The notes under the pieces: generated by a model
Seen by the model: the letters and a program-made list of their open reading frames with translations, nothing else
Databases searched by the model: none
What the model was told of the DNA's origin: nothing
Program-made: the position numbers and the translations under genes
Shown: positions 1-7,008 of the stretch, piece by piece
Position numbering within the stretch: the stretch's first letter is position 1
Layout: each line of letters opens with the position of its first letter
From: Planctomycetota bacterium
GTDB taxonomy: Bacteria; Planctomycetota; UBA1135; UBA2386
Direction of reading: 5' to 3'
DNA length: 32,376 bases
NCBI GenBank assembly: GCA_041161695.1
Contig: JBEATZ010000206.1
Coordinates: 1 to 32,376 of the forward strand

Positions 1-8
1 CCCGCCCC

Positions 9-1049
9 TCACCCGCCGCGGGTGTGCATCTCGAGGTGCGGGGCCAGCCGCAGCTGCGCGTGCTGGGCCAGCGGCTCGCGCCGTTCCATCCCTGCGCGCA
101 CCTCGGCCCCGCGGTCGGCGCGTGCGGACCATCCCTGCTGCAGGACCTCGGCCAGCTGCGCATCGGTGGCGCCGCTGCGGAGCAGTGCGCGCAGGTCGGT
201 GCCCTCGGTGGCATAGAGGCAGCGGAACCACATGCCGTCGGCGGTGAGCCTGCTGCGATCGCAGGTGGCGCAGAATGGCGCGGTGACCGAGCTGATGATG
301 CCGAAGGCAGTGCCGTCCGGCAGCGTGAAGCGTTCGGCCGGCGCGCTGTCGGTGCGCGGCACGGCGGTGACCGGGCCGAAGGCGGCGGCGATGCGCTCCA
401 GCATCTGGGCGCGGGTCACGACACGGTCCATGGCCCAGCGCGTGGCGCCGCCCACGTCCATGTACTCGATGAAGCGGATCTCCGCGCCGATCCCGCGCGC
501 ATAGTCCACGAGCGCAGGCACCTCGCCGTCGTTGACGTCGCGGATCACCACGGTGTCGAGCTTGAGTCCCTCGAAGCCGGCGCAACGCGCCGCCTCGATG
601 CCGGCAAGGACGCGCGCGTGGTCGTCGCGGCGCGACAACATGCGGAACACCTGCGGGTCGAGGGTGTCGAGGCTGATCGTGAGCCGCTGCAGGCCGGCGC
701 TTCGCAGCGGCCCGGCCGCCCGGTCCATCAGCACGCCGTTCGAGGTCATCGCCAGTTCCCGGATGCGCGGCTTGTCGGCCAGCATCCGCACCAGCACCTC
801 GAGGTCCCGGCGGAGCAGCGGCTCGCCACCGGTGATGCGCACCTTGTCCACGCCGCAGTCGAGGAAGCGGTCGACGACGCGGCTGGTCTCCTCGAAGCTG
901 AGCACGTCCTTCTGCGGCAGCCACGCGTACTCCTCCTCGGGCATGCAGTACTGGCAGCGCAGGTTGCAGCGGTCGGTGACCGACAGCCGCAGGTTGCGCA
1001 TCGGGCGCTGCATGCGATCGAGGACGGGAGGCACGGGGGCGGACACCAT
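9..1049 (-). CDS. moaA: GTP 3',8-cyclase MoaA (radical SAM, molybdenum cofactor biosynthesis)
   Basis: ORF 9..1124 (-). It carries the radical-SAM CxxxCxxC motif in LRLSVTDRCNLRCQYCMPEEEY, then ITGGEPLLR and C-terminal second-cluster cysteines (FCATCDRSRLTADG). The start is placed at the internal Met (MVSAPVPPVLDRMQRP, 1049) because MoaA proteins begin just before the LxDRxxR segment. 1124 is the alternative start. Confidence 0.9.
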   Translation of the reverse strand: MVSAPVPPVLDRMQRPMRNLRLSVTDRCNLRCQYCMPEEEYAWLPQKDVLSFEETSRVVDRFLDCGVDKVRITGGEPLLRRDLEVLVRMLADKPRIRELAMTSNGVLMDRAAGPLRSAGLQRLTISLDTLDPQVFRMLSRRDDHARVLAGIEAARCAGFEGLKLDTVVIRDVNDGEVPALVDYARGIGAEIRFIEYMDVGGATRWAMDRVVTRAQMLERIAAAFGPVTAVPRTDSAPAERFTLPDGTAFGIISSVTAPFCATCDRSRLTADGMWFRCLYATEGTDLRALLRSGATDAQLAEVLQQGWSARADRGAEVRAGMERREPLAQHAQLRLAPHLEMHTRGG

Positions 1050-1163
1050 ACCGACGGCTGCACGCGGCGGGGCACATCTCGTCCGGCTGTTTCCGTTGCG
1101 CTGCAGCGGTCCTGCCCTGACCATGCTCCCACCTCGTCCTCAACCTCGCCGCCCCCTGCACCC

Positions 1164-1868
1164 ATGACGCTCAAGGTGATCGCCGGCATCTACGGCAGCC
1201 GGATCCTCAAGACCGTTCCCGGCATGGGAACCAGGCCCCTGCTCGGCCAGGTGCGCGGCTCGCTCTTCAACATCCTCGCCGCGGACATTCCCGGCGCCGT
1301 GGTGTGGGATCTCTTCGCGGGCACGGGCGCGAGCGGCATCGAGGCGCTCTCGCGCGGCGCCGACCGCGTGCTGTACTGCGAGAAGAACGCGCGCGCGCTC
1401 GACATCCTCCGCGGCAACCTGCAGGCGCTCGGTGACTATGCCGTGCAGCGGTCCGTGGTGATGCGCGCCGATGCCTGGGAGCCGCCTGCCATGACGCGCG
1501 CGGTCTTCGGCGGCGAGCCGGTCGAGGGCGAATCTCCCGATGCGGAGGTCGCGCCGCACGTGATCTTCTTCGACCCGCCCTATCCGCTGGTGGTGGAGGA
1601 TCCTGCGCGCGCCCTCGGCAAGGTGCGCGGGCTCCTGAATCGCCTCGCCAAGGGCGGTTGCCTCGTCTTCCACTTCCCTGCCGGACAACTCGACGAGGAC
1701 GACTTCGATGCCGACACGGCCATCGACCTCCGCGTGTGGGGGACCACGGCCGTTGCGCTGCTGTGGCGCGCAGGCGAGGAGCCCGAGCGGGTGCGGCGGA
1801 AGCGTGAGGGTCGCGACGCCGATCCCGCATCGGAACCGCCCGGAACGCCCGCCCCGACCGACTCCTGA
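1164..1868 (+). CDS. rsmD: 16S rRNA (guanine-N2)-methyltransferase, RsmD family
   Basis: The gene is embedded in the spurious long ORF 24..1868, with an in-frame ATG at 1164 (MTLKVIAGIYGSR). Motifs are TRPLLGQVRGSLFNIL, the SAM-binding DLFAGTGASGIEALSRGA and the catalytic FFDPPYP. It is divergent from moaA. Confidence 0.8.
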   Translation: MTLKVIAGIYGSRILKTVPGMGTRPLLGQVRGSLFNILAADIPGAVVWDLFAGTGASGIEALSRGADRVLYCEKNARALDILRGNLQALGDYAVQRSVVMRADAWEPPAMTRAVFGGEPVEGESPDAEVAPHVIFFDPPYPLVVEDPARALGKVRGLLNRLAKGGCLVFHFPAGQLDEDDFDADTAIDLRVWGTTAVALLWRAGEEPERVRRKREGRDADPASEPPGTPAPTDS

Positions 1869-2054
1869 CCGCACGGCGCCCATGGCGCGGGCCTTGCGGC
1901 GACCTGCTGCGGTGCGCCGTGGTGTCCGGGGCGGCCGAATCAGGATCAAGCCGGGGCCCTGCGGTGGCCGATGAACGGCAGGCAGGCTGCCCCGCCGGTG
2001 CGGGGTCGTGCGTCGCACGTACGCGCCTGCAGCACGTACCACGGTGAACCTGTC

Positions 2055-2888
2055 ATGAACAAGCTGCTGCTGCTCTCCGTCCTGTTCGTTCCCGCCCTCG
2101 CGGCCGCGCAGACCAACCCCGGTGTCGAGATCTCCACGACCCTCACCGAGGTGCGCACGGAGCCCGAGGCGTTCAAGAACGTGAAGATCCGCTTCACGGT
2201 CCAGTTCTGCTCGCTGGGCAACCTCAGCAACCCCTTCTTCACGCAGTTCACGCCCACCGAGTACGTCAACTTCCACGCCTGGGCGGACGAGCAGCCCATC
2301 TGGCAGAAGACCGCCTACGAGGACGTGTTCGGCATGCTCTTCTACAGCAAGAGCAACGACGACCTCGGCGAGCTCTGCAGCACGAAGATCTACCAGCGCC
2401 TCGAGCTCACCGGCGTGGTGCGCAACACCTTCCACGGCACGCCCTGGATCGAGGTCACCAGCTACACCTCGCTCGACGGCTCCGTCGACACCGCCACGCT
2501 CACGCACCTTTACCGCGGCGAGCTGCACATGCAGAACCGCCGCTGGCAGCGCGCGGTGTCCGAGTTCAGCCTTGCGAACACCGAGGACGCGCCCACGAGC
2601 GTCCAGTTCGCCGTGCAGAAGAACCTCGGCACCTGCTACCTGCGCATGGGCGAGGCCGATGCGGCCCGCACGCACCTCTCCGCGGCGAGCGAAATCGACT
2701 CCAGCGACCTGCAGGTGAAGCGCCTGCTCGCCACGGCCAACGAGGCCCCGTCCAAGGGCCTCGACCGCACGGTCGACAAGAACTCCGTGAAGGAGCACGA
2801 GCGCCCCCTGTGGGACGCCTTCGCCTCCACGGCAACCAACACCAAGTCGAGCCCGGCCAAGCCCTCCGAGTCCTCGGCCCGCAAGTGA
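2055..2888 (+). CDS. Secreted hypothetical protein with C-terminal TPR-like helical region
   Basis: In-frame ATG at 2055 inside ORF 1971..2888 gives a classic signal peptide, MNKLLLLSVLFVPALAAAQ. The C-terminal half has helical-repeat character (LYRGELHMQNRRWQRAVSEF, NLGTCYLRMGEADAARTHL). No catalytic motif recognised. Confidence 0.6.
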   Translation: MNKLLLLSVLFVPALAAAQTNPGVEISTTLTEVRTEPEAFKNVKIRFTVQFCSLGNLSNPFFTQFTPTEYVNFHAWADEQPIWQKTAYEDVFGMLFYSKSNDDLGELCSTKIYQRLELTGVVRNTFHGTPWIEVTSYTSLDGSVDTATLTHLYRGELHMQNRRWQRAVSEFSLANTEDAPTSVQFAVQKNLGTCYLRMGEADAARTHLSAASEIDSSDLQVKRLLATANEAPSKGLDRTVDKNSVKEHERPLWDAFASTATNTKSSPAKPSESSARK

Positions 2889-2892
2889 TCGC

Positions 2893-2910
2893 GGGCCGCC
2901 ACGGCGGCCC
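2893..2910 (+). terminator. GC-rich hairpin after the secreted-protein gene (possible terminator)
   Basis: GGGCCGCC-ac-GGCGGCCC lies 5 nt after the stop codon. That is effectively a 7-bp stem with a 4-nt loop. No clear U-tract. Confidence 0.3.
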
Positions 2911-2954
2911 TGCCGCGGGGTGAAAATCGGCCCCCGGGGCGGCATTGTGCGGGG

Positions 2955-3884
2955 ATGGAACTCCCCGCCGACCCCATGCGGTACGCGAGCCAGCACCGGC
3001 TGGCGTTGGCGATGGTTTGCACCACCCTGGTGCTCATCGCCTTCGGCGCCATGGTCACCAGCACGGGTTCCGGCATGGCCTTCGCCGATTGGCCCCGTGC
3101 CGACGGCGAGTGGATGCCCGAGCGCGCCCTGTCGACCCTCGATGGCTTCCTCGAGCACTTCCACCGCATCATCGCTGCCATCGTCGGCCTGATGATGCTC
3201 ATCCTGCTGGTGTGGGCCGGCCGCGCTGCCGCCGACCAGCCCTGGCTCCGGCGGCTGTTGATCGGCGGCCTCGCCCTCGTGGTGACGCAGGGTCTGTTCG
3301 GGGGGATCGGGGTGCTGCTCGAACTGCCCGTCTTCACCTCGGCCACCCACGGCGTGCTCGCGCAGGTCACGCTCGCGACCTTCACGGTCATCCTGTTCGC
3401 CCTGTCGCCCCGCTGCGCCCAGCAGGCGGTCGTCGACCCGGACAAGCTGCGCTCGGCCCGCAAGTGGGTCTGGATCGGCCTGTTCGCGCTCATCCTGCAG
3501 ACGGCCTTCGGCGCCATCGCGCGCCATTCCGTGGTGCCCAACAACCACGCGCTGTGGAGCCACGTGGTCAACGCGTTCGCCGTGTTCCTGCTGCTGATCG
3601 TGATGTCGGGCATCCTGGCCGGGAAGCTGGGGAGCTCCGTGCCGGGGGTGAACCGTGCCTCGCGGGTCCTGATGACCCTGCTCGTGCTGCAGGTGGCGCT
3701 CGGTTTCGTCGCCCTGTTGGTGCGCAGGGACAAGCATCCGGAGAACATCCAGTTCCTATGGCGCGCCAGCCTGATCTCCGCCCACGTCCTCACGGGAGCC
3801 TTCCTGACGATGACGACCGCGCACATGCTGGCCCTCGTGCGCCTCGGCGCGCGGCCCGCCCCGGCATCCGTGCCTCCTCGCTGA
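2955..3884 (+). CDS. ctaA: Heme A synthase (COX15/CtaA family)
   Basis: Polytopic membrane protein. It has the typical N-terminal VTSTGSGMAFADWP segment and conserved His-containing helices (LEHFHRIIAAIVG, TSATHGVLAQV, GAIARHS, ISAHVLTGAF). Confidence 0.85.
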   Translation: MELPADPMRYASQHRLALAMVCTTLVLIAFGAMVTSTGSGMAFADWPRADGEWMPERALSTLDGFLEHFHRIIAAIVGLMMLILLVWAGRAAADQPWLRRLLIGGLALVVTQGLFGGIGVLLELPVFTSATHGVLAQVTLATFTVILFALSPRCAQQAVVDPDKLRSARKWVWIGLFALILQTAFGAIARHSVVPNNHALWSHVVNAFAVFLLLIVMSGILAGKLGSSVPGVNRASRVLMTLLVLQVALGFVALLVRRDKHPENIQFLWRASLISAHVLTGAFLTMTTAHMLALVRLGARPAPASVPPR

Positions 3885-3918
3885 GCGAACGGCTGCCGCC
3901 CGCTCCCCCGAGTCCACG

Positions 3919-4803
3919 ATGAGCAAGGTCGGCGCCTACCTCGAACTCACCAAGCCCCGGCTCTCCGGGCTCGCGGTGTTCGCCGTCGTGGCAGGCGGCT
4001 ACATGGCCTGGTCGCCGGACGCGCATCCGCCGCTCGACGTGCTCCTGGCCTCGACCATCGGCAACTTCCTCGTGGCAGGCGGCGCCAACGCGCTCAACAT
4101 GAGCCGCGAGCACGAGTACGACGCCCTGATGCAGCGCACGGCCGGCAGGCCAGTGCCCTCGGGGCGGCTGACGCCCGGCCAGGCGTTCGCCTTCGGCGTC
4201 ATCGCCTCGATCGTGGGGCTCGTCGTGCAGGTGGTCTTCAACGACCAGCTGGTCTCGGGCCTGCTGGCTGCCGGCATCAGCGCGCTCATCCTGCTGAGCT
4301 ACGTGCTCGTGTACACGCCGATGAAGCGCACGACCCCGCTCAACACGCTCGTCGGCGCGATCCCGGGCGCGCTGCCGCCCGTGGTCGGCTACGCCGCCGT
4401 GCGCGGCGAGGTCGGGTTCGGCGCGGTGGTCCTCTTCGCCATCCTGTTCTGCTGGCAGATCCCGCACTTCCTGCCCATCGCCTGGCGCTACCGCGACGAG
4501 TACGCGCGCGGCGGCTTCCGCATGCTGCCGTCGTTCGACGCCGACGGCCAGCGCACGCGCCTCACGATGCTGCTCTACGTCGCGGGTCTCGGCATCGCGT
4601 CCATGATCCCGTTCATCACGGGCATGGCCGGCCAGGTCTACCTCGGCGCCGCGGTCTGTCTCGACTTGTTCTTCTTCGTCCCTGCGACGATCGCCGCCGT
4701 CACGCGCCTCGACAGCGCCATGCGGATGACGTTCCTCGCCTCGATCGTCTACCTCCCGCTGCTCCTCATCGTCATGGTCCTCGACCGGCAGGTGCCCCTG
4801 TGA
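3919..4803 (+). CDS. ctaB: Protoheme IX farnesyltransferase (heme O synthase, UbiA family)
   Basis: YLELTKPRLSGL N-terminus, GGANALNMSREHEYDALMQRTAGRPVPSGRL (UbiA Asp-rich region) and YTPMKRTTPLNTLVGAIPGALPPVVGY. 294 aa, all-membrane. Confidence 0.9.
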   Translation: MSKVGAYLELTKPRLSGLAVFAVVAGGYMAWSPDAHPPLDVLLASTIGNFLVAGGANALNMSREHEYDALMQRTAGRPVPSGRLTPGQAFAFGVIASIVGLVVQVVFNDQLVSGLLAAGISALILLSYVLVYTPMKRTTPLNTLVGAIPGALPPVVGYAAVRGEVGFGAVVLFAILFCWQIPHFLPIAWRYRDEYARGGFRMLPSFDADGQRTRLTMLLYVAGLGIASMIPFITGMAGQVYLGAAVCLDLFFFVPATIAAVTRLDSAMRMTFLASIVYLPLLLIVMVLDRQVPL

Positions 4804-5732
4804 ACATCCCCGCTGTCGAAGGCCGCGGCGTCACGTACTCCTACGGCGACCGTCAGGCGCTGCGCGGCATCGACTTCGTCGTCGCGCCGGGCGCCGTGCA
4901 CGGCTTCCTCGGGCCCAACGGCTCCGGCAAGTCGACCCTCTTCAAGCTGCTCTCCACGCTCGTCGCGCCGCAGGCTGGCACGCTGCACCTGCTGGGCTGC
5001 GACCTGCGCTCCCAGCAGCACCTGGTGCGCGAGCGCATCGGCGTGGTGTTCCAGTCGCCTGCCGTCGACAAGAAGCTGACCGTGCGCGAGAACCTGCTCT
5101 ACGGCGGCCACCTGTACGGGTTGCGCGGTGCGGCGCTGCAGCAGCGCATCGACGAACTGCTGCAGCACGCGGGCCTCGCCGATCGTGCCGGCGAGAAGCT
5201 CACCACGCTCTCCGGCGGCATGCGACGCAGGGTCGAGGTGGCCAAGTGCCTGCTGCACCGGCCGCAGCTCCTGCTGCTCGACGAGGCCAGCACCGGGCTC
5301 GACCCGGCAGCGCGCCGCGACATGTGGTCGCTGCTGCGTTCGCAGCAGGGGCTCACCGTGCTCTTCACCACGCACCTGATGGAGGAGGCTGCGCAGGCCG
5401 ACCAGCTGACGCTCCTCGATCAGGGACGCATCGTGGCCGGCGGCAGCCCTGCCGAACTCGTGCGCTCGGTGGGTGGCGAGGTGCTGGAGATCGAGTCCGA
5501 CGAACCGGAGCCGCTCGCCGCGGACATCCGCGGCCAGTTCGGCGTCGCCGCCACCGTGATCGACCGGCTCGTCCACGTCCGCGCCGCGAACCTGCACGCG
5601 ATGGTTGGCAAGGTGATGGAGGCGCACGGTCCGCGCATCCGCAGGCTCACCGTGTCCCAGCCAACGCTGGAGGACGTGTTCCTGCAGGTGACCGGCAAGC
5701 GCTTCGAGGCGAGCCACGGAGGTGCCGCATGA
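4800..5732 (+). CDS. ABC transporter ATP-binding protein (ABC-2/DrrA-like subfamily)
   Basis: The GTG start at 4800 overlaps the ctaB stop (GTGA). Walker A is GPNGSGKST, the signature is LSGGMRRR, Walker B is LLLLDEAS and the H-loop is TTHLMEE. Confidence 0.9.
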   Translation: MNIPAVEGRGVTYSYGDRQALRGIDFVVAPGAVHGFLGPNGSGKSTLFKLLSTLVAPQAGTLHLLGCDLRSQQHLVRERIGVVFQSPAVDKKLTVRENLLYGGHLYGLRGAALQQRIDELLQHAGLADRAGEKLTTLSGGMRRRVEVAKCLLHRPQLLLLDEASTGLDPAARRDMWSLLRSQQGLTVLFTTHLMEEAAQADQLTLLDQGRIVAGGSPAELVRSVGGEVLEIESDEPEPLAADIRGQFGVAATVIDRLVHVRAANLHAMVGKVMEAHGPRIRRLTVSQPTLEDVFLQVTGKRFEASHGGAA

Positions 5733-6499
5733 TCCTCGCCGTCCGATCGATGTGGCAGCGCGAGATCGTGCGCTTCCTGCGCGACCGCTCGCGCCTCACG
5801 GGCTCGCTCATGCAGCCCATCGTGTTCTGGCTGTTGTTCAGCGGTGCGCTCGCGCGCGTCGACATGGGTGGCGGCCAGGGCTACGGCAGCTACTTCTTCG
5901 CCGGCACGCTGGCGATGATCTCGCTCTTCACGGCCATCTTCGCGACCATCACCGTCATCGAGGACCGCAAGGACGGCTTCCTGCAAGGCGTGCTGGTGTC
6001 GCCCGTGCCGCGCAGCGCGATCGCGCTGGGCAAGATCCTCGGCGGCGCCACGCTGGGCACCGGCCTCGGCACGTTCTTCCTCGCCATCGGCGCGGTTGCG
6101 GGCATGGAGGTCACGCTCGCCAGTGCCGTGGAGACGGTGGGCGTGCTGCTGCTCCTCTCGGTGGCCGTCACCGGCCTCGGCTTCTCGCTCGCCTGGGTGA
6201 TGGACAGCACCGCCGGCTACCACGGCATCATGATGCTGTTCCTGATGCCGATGCTGCTGCTGTCGGGGGCCTTCTTCCCGATGAACGAGGCGCACGAGTG
6301 GCTTGCGTGGATCCGCTGGGTCAACCCGATGACCTACGGCGTGGGCGCGCTGCGCCACGCGCTCCATGCACCGCCCGAGGTGCTGGCCGGGCTGCCCGCC
6401 TACAACACGTGCCTCGCCGCCAGCGCGGTCTTCGCCGTCGCCACCTTCGCCCTGGGCACCGCCGTCGTGAACCGCCGCAGTGCCCGCAACGCCGCCTGA
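5729..6499 (+). CDS. ABC-2 type transporter permease
   Basis: The ATG at 5729 overlaps the ATPase stop (ATGA). MILAVRSMWQREIVRFLRDRSRL is a typical ABC-2 N-terminus, followed by six predicted hydrophobic helices. The gene is embedded in the spurious ORF 5246..6499. Confidence 0.8.
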   Translation: MILAVRSMWQREIVRFLRDRSRLTGSLMQPIVFWLLFSGALARVDMGGGQGYGSYFFAGTLAMISLFTAIFATITVIEDRKDGFLQGVLVSPVPRSAIALGKILGGATLGTGLGTFFLAIGAVAGMEVTLASAVETVGVLLLLSVAVTGLGFSLAWVMDSTAGYHGIMMLFLMPMLLLSGAFFPMNEAHEWLAWIRWVNPMTYGVGALRHALHAPPEVLAGLPAYNTCLAASAVFAVATFALGTAVVNRRSARNAA

Positions 6500-6502
6500 G
6501 CC

Positions 6503-6928
6503 ATGGTTGCAGCCTTCGATCCCCTGGTCCTCCCGCACGTGAACGCCACGCTCAACGCGCTGGCATTCGTCTTCATCTCGGCGAGCCTCGTCGCCGTGAA
6601 GCGCGGCAACGTCGAGCTGCACAAGAAGCTCATCCTCTGCGCCACCGCGATCTCGGCGCTGTTCCTCGTGAGCTACCTCGTCTACCACTTCAGCGCACCG
6701 CCCGTGAAGTTCCGGGGCGAGGGCTGGGTGCGGCCGGTCTACTTCTTCATCCTGATCACCCACATCGTGCTCGCCGCCGTGCAGGTCCCGCTGATCCTGC
6801 GCACCCTGTGGCTCGGCTACCAGGACCGCCGCGAGCAGCACCGGAAGTGGGCCAAGGTGACGGCGCCCATCTGGCTGTACGTGTCGGTGACCGGCGTGCT
6901 GGTCTACCTGTTCCTGTACCAGTGGTGA
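6503..6928 (+). CDS. DUF420 family membrane protein (CtaM-like)
   Basis: 141 aa with four hydrophobic helices and the pattern LNALAFVFISASLVAVKRGNVELHKKL...LVSYLVYHF typical of DUF420. It starts 3 nt after the permease stop. Confidence 0.75.
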   Translation: MVAAFDPLVLPHVNATLNALAFVFISASLVAVKRGNVELHKKLILCATAISALFLVSYLVYHFSAPPVKFRGEGWVRPVYFFILITHIVLAAVQVPLILRTLWLGYQDRREQHRKWAKVTAPIWLYVSVTGVLVYLFLYQW

Positions 6929-6934
6929 GGGGTC

Positions 6935-6964
6935 GAGCCCGGTGACGGGCCAAGGCCCGGGCTC
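6935..6964 (+). terminator. Hairpin closing the ctaA-DUF420 operon
   Basis: GAGCCCGG (6935-6942) pairs with CCGGGCTC (6957-6964), leaving a 14-nt loop. It lies 7 nt after the DUF420 stop. No U-tract. Confidence 0.4.
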
Positions 6965-6971
6965 CGCGGGC

Positions 6972-7002
6972 TTGCACGGGCGGATGTTAGGGATATGTTA
7001 GG
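6972..7002 (+). promoter_or_regulatory. Candidate recN promoter overlapped by an ATGTTAGG direct repeat (possible operator)
   Basis: TTGCAC (6972-6977), a 16-nt spacer, then TATGTT (6994-6999). ATGTTAGG occurs at 6984-6991 and again at 6995-7002, period 11 nt. This is the most AT-rich spot I noticed in the window and ends 6 nt before the recN ATG (7009). Confidence 0.35.
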
Positions 7003-7008
7003 TTTCCC

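Noticed and set aside
1050-1163. Possible Moco riboswitch in the moaA leader. The minus strand contains GGAAAC, and the region lies between divergent moaA and rsmD.
   Set aside because: I could not align the region to the conserved Moco-motif helices from memory. The spacer is short, about 114 nt, and less if moaA starts at 1124. It would need cmsearch with the Rfam Moco model. No positive evidence.
24-1868. N-terminally extended versions of real genes in the ORF track. Examples: 24..1868, 5246..6499, 8669..9826, 10512..12182, 11534..13429, 12349..14271, 15412..16983, 25273..26505, 26015..27220, 28420..29829, 29199..32078.
   Set aside because: The upstream parts overlap neighbouring genes and translate to Arg/Pro/Gly-rich nonsense. 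Internal starts coincide with stop-start overlaps or give proper signal peptides or family N-termini.
1140-3737. Very long antisense or alternative-frame ORFs. Examples: 1140..3737 (-) 865 aa, 5420..6841 (-), 7234..8916 (-), 9409..10872 (-), 11630..13483 (-), 15079..17028 (-), 17098..18828 (+), 22219..23949 (-), 29436..31973 (-).
   Set aside because: These are shadow ORFs expected in roughly 70% GC DNA, where stop codons are rare. Their translations are Arg/Ala/Gly/Pro/His-rich low-complexity strings without motifs. Each overlaps a gene with clear family signatures on the other strand or frame.
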